Of a stretch of DNA of 26,659 bases, positions 15,147-24,789 are shown piece after piece (positions within the stretch are counted from its first letter, which is position 1; each line of letters starts with the position of its first letter). The notes under the pieces were generated by a model. That model did no database searches, had not been told where the DNA came from, and saw nothing but the letters and a program-made list of their open reading frames with translations. The DNA comes from a virus (Duplodnaviria > Caudoviricetes). Location of the stretch: IMG/VR virus record IMGVR_UViG_3300027892_000131, positions 1 to 26,659 of that record, one strand, 5' to 3'. The position numbers and the translations under genes are program-made.

Positions 15147-16145
15147 ATGATAACAGGAAATAAAAAGGTGCATTTAGTAGCAGAATCTATTCTAGACAAG
15201 ATTAGTGATTATGACATTTTTAGATTCTATATGCCTAATAAATCTTGGAATCTTAATCAAGTGACATATTCTCCATTCAGAAAAGAGAACAATCCCTCCT
15301 TCATAATAGGTGATAGGAAGGGATATATATCATTTATTGATTTTGCAGACACTAGTAAACGTGGTGATTGTTTTAAGTTTGTTATGGAACTATATAACAT
15401 ATCATTCTACGATGCTCTTGTAATGATTGATAAAGATTTTGGATTAGGTATAAAGAATGGAACATGTACAAAATCTTATGAGAAGATTGTTTCTAAATAT
15501 AAACAACCAGAGATTGTTAAACGAAGTGCTATTATTCAAGTTAATGTTAAAAAGTTTTCTATTAGAGAACTTAAATATTGGAATCAATACCATCAGAGCA
15601 TCGATGATCTCAAAGCTAACAATGTCTATTCTGTTAATAAGGTGTATTTGAATAAACAATTGTTCTACACTAAAGAAGATGATCTTGTGTTTGGTTATTT
15701 ATATGGAGAGCATTGGAAGATTTACAGACCATTTGGTGATAAAAAGAGCAAATGGGTTCCTAACAATGTACCCATCACAACTATGGATGGAATAGAGGAT
15801 GTTAAACATTGTAGAATAGCATTTATCAATAAGAGCAAGAAAGATTACATGGTGATGAAGAAGATCTATCCATATAGCTGTGCTGTACAAAATGAAGGAA
15901 TAGCCTGCTTCTCTCAAGAGAATGTAGATTATCTAAAAGCTAATTCTGATGTACAAATCTTAAGCTTTGATAGTGATGTTACAGGTGTGCAGAATAGTCA
16001 ACAGATAACTAAACTGTTTGATTTTGAATATCTGAATGTCCCTCGTACCTATCTATCTGAAGGAATTAAAGATTGGGCTGATCTTGCTAAAACTCATGGA
16101 CTAGATGCTATTGAGAATTATTTAACAGAAAAAGGACTATTATGA
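15147..16145 (+). CDS. dnaG: DNA primase (DnaG-like, TOPRIM)
   Basis: SPFRKENNPSF...DFA...GDCF.FV (ZBD-like), KIYRP, TOPRIM FDSD..G, KDWAD. Confidence 0.85.
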   Translation: MITGNKKVHLVAESILDKISDYDIFRFYMPNKSWNLNQVTYSPFRKENNPSFIIGDRKGYISFIDFADTSKRGDCFKFVMELYNISFYDALVMIDKDFGLGIKNGTCTKSYEKIVSKYKQPEIVKRSAIIQVNVKKFSIRELKYWNQYHQSIDDLKANNVYSVNKVYLNKQLFYTKEDDLVFGYLYGEHWKIYRPFGDKKSKWVPNNVPITTMDGIEDVKHCRIAFINKSKKDYMVMKKIYPYSCAVQNEGIACFSQENVDYLKANSDVQILSFDSDVTGVQNSQQITKLFDFEYLNVPRTYLSEGIKDWADLAKTHGLDAIENYLTEKGLL

Positions 16146-16294
16146 ATGTACAAGATTTAATTAATTCCATTCAGGCAGAAACTGAATGGTTAGAAACATC
16201 TGAAGGAGATGAGTATCAATGCATAAGCATAGAGAATTTAGAAAGAGTATTAAGTGAGTATTTTGATTTTAAAATTAAATTAACAGAACAATGA
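16142..16294 (+). CDS. hypothetical protein (50 aa, below ORF-track cutoff)
   Basis: MNVQDLINSIQAETEWLETSEGDEYQCISIENLERVLSEYFDFKIKLTEQ; ATGA overlaps at both ends. Confidence 0.75.
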   Translation: MNVQDLINSIQAETEWLETSEGDEYQCISIENLERVLSEYFDFKIKLTEQ

Positions 16295-17070
16295 GCACAC
16301 CAACGTACAACACAACAAGAGGACTTATCATCAATGCTGAAATTCCTCAAGAGACAAGAACTTATAAGCCAATCAGCCATGCTCAGCTTATAGATCTTAC
16401 ATTAAATAGCATTGAGAAAGCAGGATTTTCATTGAGCAAGGAAACATATTCAATGGCACAAGGTGGTGCTATTGCTAATGGTCAGTTTGCCATTAGAAAC
16501 GTTGCTGATAGTGAAATGCAATTACAGATTGGTTGGCAGAATAGCTACAATAAATCATTGAGTTTGAAGTTTGCCATAGGTGCACACATATTCATTTGTC
16601 AGAATGGTATGGTGCATGGTGATATGGGTTCTTTCAAGAAGAAGCATCAAGGTTCTGTACAAGAATTTACACCAACAGCTATTAGTGAATATATTAAGCA
16701 AGCTGGTGATACATTCTCACAGATGCAGAAAGAGCGTGAAGCTATGAAGCAAATAGAAATGACTAAGCGTGTTAAAGCTGAACTCATTGGTAGAATGTTA
16801 ATCGAAGAGCAATTCATTAGCTCTACACAAATGAACATTATGGCTAGAGAGCTTCAGAATCCTACACATGATTATGGTGCTCCAAATAGCTTATGGGAAC
16901 TATACAACTATGCTACATTCTCTATGAAGGAATTACATCCTTCTATAAAGATGAATAGTCATATTAGAGCTCATAACTTCTTTGTAAATGAGAGTGGTGT
17001 ATTTGTCAATCCTATATTTGAGGAATTAGAAATGCAATCTAGAGAATTTGTACAATTAGAAATGTTTTAA
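16291..17070 (+). CDS. DUF932-family protein
   Basis: YKPISH, NSYNKS...IFICQNGM, KKH and SLWELYN match the DUF932 pattern. Confidence 0.8.
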   Translation: MSTPTYNTTRGLIINAEIPQETRTYKPISHAQLIDLTLNSIEKAGFSLSKETYSMAQGGAIANGQFAIRNVADSEMQLQIGWQNSYNKSLSLKFAIGAHIFICQNGMVHGDMGSFKKKHQGSVQEFTPTAISEYIKQAGDTFSQMQKEREAMKQIEMTKRVKAELIGRMLIEEQFISSTQMNIMARELQNPTHDYGAPNSLWELYNYATFSMKELHPSIKMNSHIRAHNFFVNESGVFVNPIFEELEMQSREFVQLEMF

Positions 17071-17072
17071 TT

Positions 17073-17789
17073 ATGAATTGGGAATTATTTAAAGACTTCT
17101 TTCACGAAAGCTGGCATAAGAAGATGCAACCGTTTATTGAGAGTGAAGCTTGTGATGACATCTATAAATATCTCAAATCAGAAAGCAAGAGGGGCAAGAA
17201 AATAGCCCCTCTTTCTTCTGTTATATACAGATGCTTCAAAGAAACTCCATTAGATGATGTAAAGGTGGTTATGGTAGGTATGTGCCCCTATCATACATTC
17301 TATAACAATGAACCTGTAGCAGATGGTTTGTTGATGGGATGTAGTGTAACCAATAGATTACAACCTTCCCTAGAGAAGTTTTATGAAGGTGTAGAGAAAG
17401 AACTATTCAATGGTCTTAATTTCACATATCAGAAGCTTCCAGATGTTAGCTATTTGGCTAAACAAGGTGTTCTTATGTTCAATGCTGCTCTTACAACAGA
17501 AATGAATAAAGCAGGCAGTCATATAGACATTTGGGAACCATTCACTAAGTATGTTCTAGAGGAGATTCTTACACCATTGGGTGCACCGACAATCTTCTTA
17601 GGAAAGGATGCTAGTAAGTATGAGAAATATACAAGCCCTTTTGCTTGGAATATTGTTTTGTCTCATCCAGCATCTGCAGCATACAAACAATCTGAATGGG
17701 ATACAGAAGGTAAGTTTGGTATGGTTAATAAAATTCTTAAAGACAACAACAATTTTGAAATTCAATGGCTCTATGATGTGCCATTTTAA
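17073..17789 (+). CDS. ung: family-1 uracil-DNA glycosylase homologue with atypical active site
   Basis: VKVVMVGMCPYH (cf. GQDPYH), ADGL, PSL, AKQGVLMFN.ALT, GSH..WEPFT, SHPAS. Confidence 0.85.
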   Translation: MNWELFKDFFHESWHKKMQPFIESEACDDIYKYLKSESKRGKKIAPLSSVIYRCFKETPLDDVKVVMVGMCPYHTFYNNEPVADGLLMGCSVTNRLQPSLEKFYEGVEKELFNGLNFTYQKLPDVSYLAKQGVLMFNAALTTEMNKAGSHIDIWEPFTKYVLEEILTPLGAPTIFLGKDASKYEKYTSPFAWNIVLSHPASAAYKQSEWDTEGKFGMVNKILKDNNNFEIQWLYDVPF

Positions 17790-17800
17790 AACAACAGTTT

Positions 17801-18112
17801 ATGCAACTAATAGAAATAGAAGATTTAGATGCAGGAGATGAAATACTCATTTCTTGTCAGTCATGTTTCAAATATTTGAGACTACTAAGAAAACCAGCAA
17901 TTGGTCCACACAAACATTGGAGTACAGGTAAACCAACGTATAAGAGTGTGAAATGCTCTACGAGTAAAGTTACTAAAACAAATTCTTATGTTTATAATGG
18001 TGTACCTCAAATTCGTGAATATAAAGATTGGGGATTTGGTCCAGATGATCACAATTTTGAGCAATATGTCAATTTGAATGATAGACAAATTATATTAGTA
18101 AGAAAGAAATAA
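17801..18112 (+). CDS. hypothetical protein
   Basis: ORF track; fills the gap before rIIA. Confidence 0.8.
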   Translation: MQLIEIEDLDAGDEILISCQSCFKYLRLLRKPAIGPHKHWSTGKPTYKSVKCSTSKVTKTNSYVYNGVPQIREYKDWGFGPDDHNFEQYVNLNDRQIILVRKK

Positions 18113-18125
18113 AAACTTAGAAATC

Positions 18126-20426
18126 ATGATCTTAGAAAAACAAACAGAATCGAACATTCTTCAGGAAGGAGAAAGTCAAGGAAGTATTGGTATGTCATTA
18201 GACTTAGATTCTGCACAAGTGTTGATGCAGATGTTAAGTAAGAATTTGTATTCAGATGCAATAGGCTCAACTATCAGAGAGTGTGCAAGTAATGCACTAG
18301 ATAGCCACAGAAGAGCAGGAGTTACAGATCCAATCATTGTAAGTCTTGTATCAAACACAGACCACAATTATGAGTTCTCTGTAGAAGATTTTGGTACAGG
18401 ACTTGATGCTGATGATGTAAAGAACATCATTAGTAAGTATGGTAAGAGTACAAAGCGTAATAGTAACACAGAACTAGGTATGATGGGCTTAGGTTTCAAG
18501 GCACCTCTTGCATATTCTAGTAGTTTCTACTTTGTATGTAGAAAGAATGGTGTAGAGCGTAAGTATATGATGTATGAAGGAGAAGAAACAAATGCTATCG
18601 ATCTTCTTTATGAAGCAATTACAGAAGAGCGTAATGGTGTTAAAATCATCATTCCTGTTAGATATTATGATAGAAGTTCGTTTGGTCAGAAGATTAAAGA
18701 GCAATTGGCTTATTTTGAGAGTGTATATTTTAATACACCAATGTCTGATATAGATAATTCATTTAGCATTGTTAGACATGATGATTTTCAATGGAGTCCT
18801 TTAGCTGTTGATCAATATCTACACATATGTCTAGATAATGTCTACTATCCAATTGATTTTAAGAAGCTAGACATTCCCACTATATCGTTTCCTGTAGGTC
18901 TTAGATTTAGTTTGTCTGATGGATTGTTCCCTACACCAAACAGAGAATCAATTCGTTACACTAAGGAAGCTAAGGAAATCATTCTAGCTAAAATCAAAAA
19001 TGTTGCAGATTTCTTTGTGCATAAGTATAACAAACAAGTTCAAGAGAATGATGATGTTATGTCTATAATATCCTACTATCGTGACAGCACTCACTATGTA
19101 AATTCTTTTGAAGGTGATGGTCAATGGTGTGTTGATAGTTTTGTAAAGCATGCATCAATACCATTTGTTAAGCCTACACTTAAAGATGTAACTCTTCTAG
19201 ACCTCAACAGAGTGGCATACATGAGAGATCATTTATTGAATGAGTATAACCAGAAGTTTCGTTTAGATAATGGTAGAGTTAAAACAGTCACTGCCAATAG
19301 ATATAACACTATAGGATTTCATGTGCTAACAGCAGATAAGCCTATTTATATATATTCTGAAAGAATATCTGTAATGATGAAGGACTATCTAAGAAGCAAG
19401 CATCCTGGAGATTGGAATGTCTATGTTATTAAGAAAGAGAATAAACTAACTCTTGGTCATAGTAAGAACACTGGTAAGAGTAATTACACAACTTACAAGG
19501 ATTTTCTTTCATTGCATAAATATCCAAGAAGTCAGTGGAGAACCATCATCAAAGAATATCAGCATGTTATTTCTCTTCTTTCTAAAAGATTTGTAAATTT
19601 AGATGAGCTAGTTATTCCTCAAACATTCATTGATAGCAAGCAGAAACTTAAACCTGGTGGCAGTTTAGCAGGTGTTAGAAGAAAGAAGCTTGAAGGAGAA
19701 ATTACTGGTAAGGTGGCAGAAGGTCTTCAGAAGCACACTGGTAGAAATTGTAAAATGACTCCTATAACCATTCCAATGGAGAATGCTCATAAGAAACCTA
19801 TGCTCACTATATATGGTGGTGTTGAACATACGGATAAGATTAATCAGCTTTTCCCAATGTTTGACATTCTTAAAGTGAGAATGATTACATTTTCTGAAAG
19901 AGAACTTAAAAGCCTTGTAACTGTAGATTTACACAATTGGATTAGTATGGAAGAATTTATGAAAGGAGAACACAAAGTGTTCAGAAGAGCTGTTACAGCA
20001 TATTTGATTGATAGACTTATACGTAAAAACACTTCAGCATTTAGAAAGAGAAGCAATATGGCAACTATTTCTTCAGATCTTCATTCTAAAATGGATGTAT
20101 TAGAATCCTATCACAGAAAGAATCATTTTGCTGGTAGTGATGAACTGTTTGAATCTATGTTAGCAGTTGCTCAAGAGAAGAACTTGTTTGATGTTGAGAT
20201 GTATACAATATACAAGCAGGTGAATTCTGTATTTGAGAAGCTTCCATTCATTGATACAATGTTCGAAGCTATGGGTGGATATGGTGACAATAATAAGTTT
20301 AAAAGCATCACTATCGATTTATTTAAATATTATAAACAAAGAGTAAACTTAGAAAACTACAAAATCGTTCTTAATGAGGAAGTTATGACTCCTGTCATTG
20401 AGGAATCAATTGAAGATTTAGCCTAG
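18126..20426 (+). CDS. rIIA: rIIA-like protein (N-terminal GHKL ATPase)
   Basis: LYSD...IRECASNALDSH, VEDFGTGL, YGKSTK, GMMGLGFK, TPNRESI; paired with an rIIB-like gene. Confidence 0.88.
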   Translation: MILEKQTESNILQEGESQGSIGMSLDLDSAQVLMQMLSKNLYSDAIGSTIRECASNALDSHRRAGVTDPIIVSLVSNTDHNYEFSVEDFGTGLDADDVKNIISKYGKSTKRNSNTELGMMGLGFKAPLAYSSSFYFVCRKNGVERKYMMYEGEETNAIDLLYEAITEERNGVKIIIPVRYYDRSSFGQKIKEQLAYFESVYFNTPMSDIDNSFSIVRHDDFQWSPLAVDQYLHICLDNVYYPIDFKKLDIPTISFPVGLRFSLSDGLFPTPNRESIRYTKEAKEIILAKIKNVADFFVHKYNKQVQENDDVMSIISYYRDSTHYVNSFEGDGQWCVDSFVKHASIPFVKPTLKDVTLLDLNRVAYMRDHLLNEYNQKFRLDNGRVKTVTANRYNTIGFHVLTADKPIYIYSERISVMMKDYLRSKHPGDWNVYVIKKENKLTLGHSKNTGKSNYTTYKDFLSLHKYPRSQWRTIIKEYQHVISLLSKRFVNLDELVIPQTFIDSKQKLKPGGSLAGVRRKKLEGEITGKVAEGLQKHTGRNCKMTPITIPMENAHKKPMLTIYGGVEHTDKINQLFPMFDILKVRMITFSERELKSLVTVDLHNWISMEEFMKGEHKVFRRAVTAYLIDRLIRKNTSAFRKRSNMATISSDLHSKMDVLESYHRKNHFAGSDELFESMLAVAQEKNLFDVEMYTIYKQVNSVFEKLPFIDTMFEAMGGYGDNNKFKSITIDLFKYYKQRVNLENYKIVLNEEVMTPVIEESIEDLA

Positions 20427-20434
20427 AGATTATC

Positions 20435-20462
20435 AACAGAGAGACAATTATTTCTCTCTGTT
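20435..20462 (+). other. intergenic hairpin between rIIA and rIIB
   Basis: AACAGAGAGA/TCTCTCTGTT perfect 10-bp stem, 8-nt loop, weak U tract. Confidence 0.55.
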
Positions 20463-20489
20463 ATTTAAATTTAAAAAAAGACAAAGCGT

Positions 20490-21932
20490 ATGAGCAATTT
20501 TTCGTTATCATGGTTTAAGAGACAAGCAGAATTAGAAAGCCTAATGATTGAAGAGCAGAGGCTTAAGAATGAAATTTTACGTAAGGAACTACCGAATAGT
20601 GTGGCTGGTAGTGATTTTGACATGGATGTAATAAAGCCCTATTTGAACGTTAAGCTTGTAAATGATGTGTTGACAGTTGTGCTTAATGACGGATCTATAG
20701 TTAGTAAACCAAATGCTACCGCTGATGATTTCAATGCTGTTCGTAATGCTTCTTCAGAAGTTACAATACTAGGATTGGTAGGAAGTACAGAAATTAAAGC
20801 AGAGGCTGCTAAGCGTGAAGAAGAAGCTAATAGGATGAAAGCAATCATCAAAGGACTTGCAATTCTTTCAGGTCTTAATGATTTTGAAGTGGAAGGTAAT
20901 TCTGTAAAGCTAGCTGGTACAGGTAGAACTTTGCCTCAGTTGCTAGTAGAAAAGTTTATACAGATTGTTGATGTAGAAAACTACTATGCAGGCTTTGGTG
21001 ATTTAGAAAGTCGTCTTGCACAAAACGATGAGTATCAAGGACTTAAGAGGTTCTTCATGTGGTGTTGCCTTAATCCAAGAGCTGAAGTGGCAGACAAGTT
21101 GTATGACTTTCTTAACACTAATGGTTTTAGAATCACTAAGCAAGGATTCTTTATAGCTCTTAGGAATGTTGTCACTCTTCATGGTGGATCTGATCTTGTA
21201 ACATTCGTTAGTAATGTTTACAACAAGGTGAAAGCTGTGTGGAAGAAGGACACTAATGTGTTTACAGTGTTTTTAAAGGATGGTGAATATAAAATTGTTC
21301 ATAATGAAGACCTCACTGAAGCTTCTGAAGCATGGGATGAAGAAGCAGAAGAGTGGTATGATTATGAAGCACCAGTAGATCATGGTGAAAGAATTGGTGG
21401 TCTTACAGAATTGTATTTAGATCTACCTAACAGAACTGAGAACAGGTTTACAGACAACTGGAGTAGGACATTTGACATTCGTATTGGTCAACCAGTTAGT
21501 ATGCCAAGTGAAGACTGTAATTGGAGTACACAAGATTGTGCTACAGCAGGCTTACACTTTGCAGGTTATACAGCTCCTTATGTTCTTTGTGGTGATACAA
21601 CTGTCTTCACTCTTCACAATCCTATGAAGGTTGTAGGTATTGGTACAGAGAAAGGTAGATGTTGGGAATATCTTCCATTCATGTTGACCACTGTTGCAGA
21701 AGCAGATGAGATTATGAATGATGGAGAGTTTGATTTCTTACAGCTTGATGAGCAATACGCAATTCGCGAATTGGAAAATCTTGCTGAGAAGGTTGTAGAA
21801 GGATTCTCTATAGAATCTAAGAAGTATGAGTTTAGCATGCCTGCCATCACTAGTCAGAATATTGAATTCATCACTCTTTCTTTGAATGATATGAAGAGTT
21901 CTATTGCAGACAGGGTTAGCCACCTAGACTAA
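20490..21932 (+). CDS. rIIB: rIIB-like protein
   Basis: LYDFL...ITKQGFFIALRNV, IGQPVSMP, CATAGLH, NPMKVV, KGRCWEY. Confidence 0.88.
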   Translation: MSNFSLSWFKRQAELESLMIEEQRLKNEILRKELPNSVAGSDFDMDVIKPYLNVKLVNDVLTVVLNDGSIVSKPNATADDFNAVRNASSEVTILGLVGSTEIKAEAAKREEEANRMKAIIKGLAILSGLNDFEVEGNSVKLAGTGRTLPQLLVEKFIQIVDVENYYAGFGDLESRLAQNDEYQGLKRFFMWCCLNPRAEVADKLYDFLNTNGFRITKQGFFIALRNVVTLHGGSDLVTFVSNVYNKVKAVWKKDTNVFTVFLKDGEYKIVHNEDLTEASEAWDEEAEEWYDYEAPVDHGERIGGLTELYLDLPNRTENRFTDNWSRTFDIRIGQPVSMPSEDCNWSTQDCATAGLHFAGYTAPYVLCGDTTVFTLHNPMKVVGIGTEKGRCWEYLPFMLTTVAEADEIMNDGEFDFLQLDEQYAIRELENLAEKVVEGFSIESKKYEFSMPAITSQNIEFITLSLNDMKSSIADRVSHLD

Positions 21933-21939
21933 TATAATT

Positions 21940-21989
21940 GGGTTCGTGACAAATAATACACTAATTTTGTCACGAGCCCTTTATATTTT
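21940..21989 (+). terminator. intrinsic terminator-like hairpin
   Basis: GGGTTCGTGACAAA/TTTGTCACGAGCCC 14-bp stem followed by TTTATATTTT. Confidence 0.7.
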
Positions 21990-21992
21990 ATT

Positions 21993-22394
21993 ATGAAAAA
22001 GAAAGCAACAGTTAGAAAACCTAGAGCAAATGCTGCTCCTAAGACAAGAAATAATGGTACACTTACAGAATCTGCATTCTGGAGTTTCATTAGAAGTGGA
22101 CTTAGGCAGAAATCTAGATGGTGGAAACCCATTACACAATGTAAACTAAACGCTAAGAGAGACTATACAGGACCTAATAAGCGACAGAAGTTTGAATATC
22201 AATGTAATAGCTGTAAGAAATGGTTTGCAGAGAAGAACATAAACGTAGACCATATTCATCCAGCGGGTTCATTGAATTGTGCTAATGATCTACCAGGATT
22301 TGTTGAAAGACTGTTTTGCGAAGTGGACAATCTACAAGTGCTTTGTAGTGGATGTCATAATATTAAAACTCAAAATGAAAAGAATGGAAAATGA
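21993..22394 (+). CDS. HNH endonuclease-family protein
   Basis: YQCNSC, NVDHIHP, NLQVLCSGCHNIKT. Confidence 0.88.
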   Translation: MKKKATVRKPRANAAPKTRNNGTLTESAFWSFIRSGLRQKSRWWKPITQCKLNAKRDYTGPNKRQKFEYQCNSCKKWFAEKNINVDHIHPAGSLNCANDLPGFVERLFCEVDNLQVLCSGCHNIKTQNEKNGK

Positions 22395-22650
22395 AATTAG
22401 TATTTCTGTTGAGAAGACACCATCATTTGTTGAAACTTGGTATGAAGGATGTGTATACTACCAAGGAAAGAGACATCAGTTCTGGATTATAGATCCTGAA
22501 GGAAGTGAATATGAAATAGAATGTAGATGGTTCTTCAAGAGTGTTCCTAGAGAAGTGCGAATGATGTATAACAGTATTATTGAATCCTATAAACAAATTA
22601 AAGATGACAGAAGAAAAGCAAAGGACAGAGGCAACGTACAGAGCTATTAA
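22384..22650 (+). CDS. hypothetical protein
   Basis: Frame of track ORF 22279..22650; likely start is the ATG at 22384 (MENEISI). Confidence 0.7.
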   Translation: MENEISISVEKTPSFVETWYEGCVYYQGKRHQFWIIDPEGSEYEIECRWFFKSVPREVRMMYNSIIESYKQIKDDRRKAKDRGNVQSY

Positions 22651-23656
22651 AACTAATAGTTCTAGTTCGTTAAAAGAGTTTTCTCTAGATAGGAAGAAGT
22701 ATTACAAGAAATATGTTCTTGGAGAAACTGTAGAAGATAAGGACACACAAGCTGCAACCACTGGTAGAGTGGTAGAAACACTGTTATTAGAGCCTCAAGA
22801 GTTTGATGGTAGATTTTATATGTCTTCATGTGTATCAGCTCCTACAGGGCTTATGTTGGCTTTTGTAGAGGCTCTATACAAACATACATTTAGTGCTACA
22901 AATGACAATGGTGAAATAACTAGAGAGTTTGCTGACATTGCTAAAGATGCGTATGTTGATTCAGGATTTAAGATTAAGTTTGATGCTGTGATTGCTAAGT
23001 TTGTTGGTAGTGATGCTGAGCTTTATTACAATGAACTAAGAACTGTTAGAGGTAGAGGTTTGACAGTTGTTACAGTGAATGAGATTGATAATGCTGAAAG
23101 GATTGTACAAGAGCTTAGAACAAACCATGTCACTGCTACAATAGTAAATCTTGTTAATAGTGCTAGATGGACAGTGCTCAATCAGCTACAAGTGACAGAA
23201 TACTATGTAGAAGGAATAGAGTTTAAGAGTATGATGGATAAGGTGGTTATAGATCATGACAACAAAACCATTCAAGTTTATGATTTGAAATGTGTTTGGT
23301 CTGTAGAAGGATTCTATGAAGACTACTATCTATATCGTAGAGCTTACATTCAAGCCTATTTGTATAAAGAAGGTATATCATCATGGGCTAGTGAATCTGG
23401 CTATGGTGATTATACAATATTCAATACAAAGTTTATTGTCTGTGACAGTATCAATTACATGAATCCTCTTATATACACATTGACAGATGATGATATGAAT
23501 GAGGCATTCTATGGATTTGAACATAAGGGTAGAACATATCCTGGTGTACAATCTCTAATTGAGAATCTTGGATGGGCAATAGAGAATGATGTATGGAATA
23601 TGTCTAGAGAAAACTATCTATCTAATGGTGTGGTGAATATAAAAGGAGGGAATTAA
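22604..23656 (+). CDS. PD-(D/E)XK exonuclease (RecE/exonuclease VIII-like)
   Basis: SSSSLK, G..VETLLLE, KSMMDKV...VYDLK, Y.QAYLY; likely start is the ATG at 22604. Confidence 0.8.
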   Translation: MTEEKQRTEATYRAIKTNSSSSLKEFSLDRKKYYKKYVLGETVEDKDTQAATTGRVVETLLLEPQEFDGRFYMSSCVSAPTGLMLAFVEALYKHTFSATNDNGEITREFADIAKDAYVDSGFKIKFDAVIAKFVGSDAELYYNELRTVRGRGLTVVTVNEIDNAERIVQELRTNHVTATIVNLVNSARWTVLNQLQVTEYYVEGIEFKSMMDKVVIDHDNKTIQVYDLKCVWSVEGFYEDYYLYRRAYIQAYLYKEGISSWASESGYGDYTIFNTKFIVCDSINYMNPLIYTLTDDDMNEAFYGFEHKGRTYPGVQSLIENLGWAIENDVWNMSRENYLSNGVVNIKGGN

Positions 23657-24210
23657 TGGAATTGAAAAGAACAATAACAAGTATATTTATTGTTCCAACA
23701 CTTGGAATTAATAGAGAGAGCTTGAGAGAAAATTCATTCTTGAATGGATATGTAGAAGATGCTAGTAAAGATGTCCAATATAGTAAATGTGTTTATTTAT
23801 TATTTCGTCCTACTGATCTTGATAAGTTTAGAACTTTTCTAGATGGAGAATATGAACGAACAAAATCCATCATTGATGATTATGATCATGAAGGAGGATT
23901 TGTTGTAGTTGTTTACAAACTAAATGATAAATTTAAAACAGACTATGGACTTGTTAAACTAGGTAGGTATTCTAAAACTTCTAAAGAGTTCCAAGCATTG
24001 TTTCCTAAGATTGTAAAAGTACAAACAGGTAGTGTGCAAAAAGAAGAAATCAGTCTTCAGTATCGTGTATTTAATAAAACAGAGGACTTGCGTAATTATT
24101 GGAGTGACATGCTTGATGTAGAATTTGATGACACTATGGAAGTTTGGCAAGGATGGATAGAAGAAAAAGAGATTTTAAACATTAATCAATTAAAAGAACA
24201 AAATGTATAA
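23656..24210 (+). CDS. hypothetical phage protein
   Basis: ORF track; TAATG coupling with the exonuclease. Confidence 0.85.
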   Translation: MELKRTITSIFIVPTLGINRESLRENSFLNGYVEDASKDVQYSKCVYLLFRPTDLDKFRTFLDGEYERTKSIIDDYDHEGGFVVVVYKLNDKFKTDYGLVKLGRYSKTSKEFQALFPKIVKVQTGSVQKEEISLQYRVFNKTEDLRNYWSDMLDVEFDDTMEVWQGWIEEKEILNINQLKEQNV

Positions 24211-24415
24211 CGAAGACTTTGTACAGAAGATTATTGCAGAACATGGTAGGGAACAAGCCCTTATATTCTGCCAATTAGAGGGAGAGAGAAATGAAATTAT
24301 CGTAAGAGAGTTTGAACAAATTAGCAATCTTCCTTACGATCAATATCTAGATCATGATTATGAGAGGAATTGGTGGAGCAAACGTGCTGAAAAACTTAAA
24401 AACTCAAATAGATGA
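24203..24415 (+). CDS. hypothetical protein
   Basis: ORF track; overlaps both neighbours. Confidence 0.75.
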   Translation: MYNEDFVQKIIAEHGREQALIFCQLEGERNEIIVREFEQISNLPYDQYLDHDYERNWWSKRAEKLKNSNR

Positions 24416-24789
24416 TTAAACTGTTAGAAACTTATCCAGAAGCTGCTAAATTAATAACTTCCTACTATCTTGAGAAGCTGCTGTTGTCACTAGATGACAG
24501 CAGTCTTCCTGAGGATTTTAAAGACCATGTAAGAGCTCAAGGTGTATCTATTGATAAAATAGCTGTACTAGCTGAAGCTTCTCCTAGAACCCTATTTGAT
24601 GTGTTTGATGACAATAAGTTGTTTATTGAAATAAGAATAAGCAATGAAGAATTCTCTTACAAAATATTTCCTAGGGATTCTGATTTTTTAGATGTAACTT
24701 GGTATTCCAATAGGAAAGAAGCTGAATCAATGGCTATTTCTGATGCATTTAAATTATTAAATGAAAAACTATGCGAGACAAAATCGTAG
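24412..24789 (+). CDS. hypothetical protein
   Basis: ORF track; coupled. Confidence 0.8.
   Translation: MIKLLETYPEAAKLITSYYLEKLLLSLDDSSLPEDFKDHVRAQGVSIDKIAVLAEASPRTLFDVFDDNKLFIEIRISNEEFSYKIFPRDSDFLDVTWYSNRKEAESMAISDAFKLLNEKLCETKS

Noticed and set aside
6404-17841. Alternative-frame plus-strand ORFs 6404-6682, 15457-15651 and 17608-17841
   Set aside because: They are nested in polB exon 2, the primase and the UNG homologue and have no motif support.
7949-22603. Longest-ORF starts at 7949, 8636, 9301, 22279 and 22580
   Set aside because: They create long overlaps with upstream genes; the downstream ATGs (7994, 8780, 9343, 22384, 22604) fit the gene packing better.
1368-24150. All minus-strand ORFs in the track (e.g. 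4517-4897, 6031-6351, 10445-10753, 14178-14528, 21929-22132)
   Set aside because: They lie antisense to well-supported plus-strand genes or the intron core and show no recognisable motifs; they are shadow ORFs.
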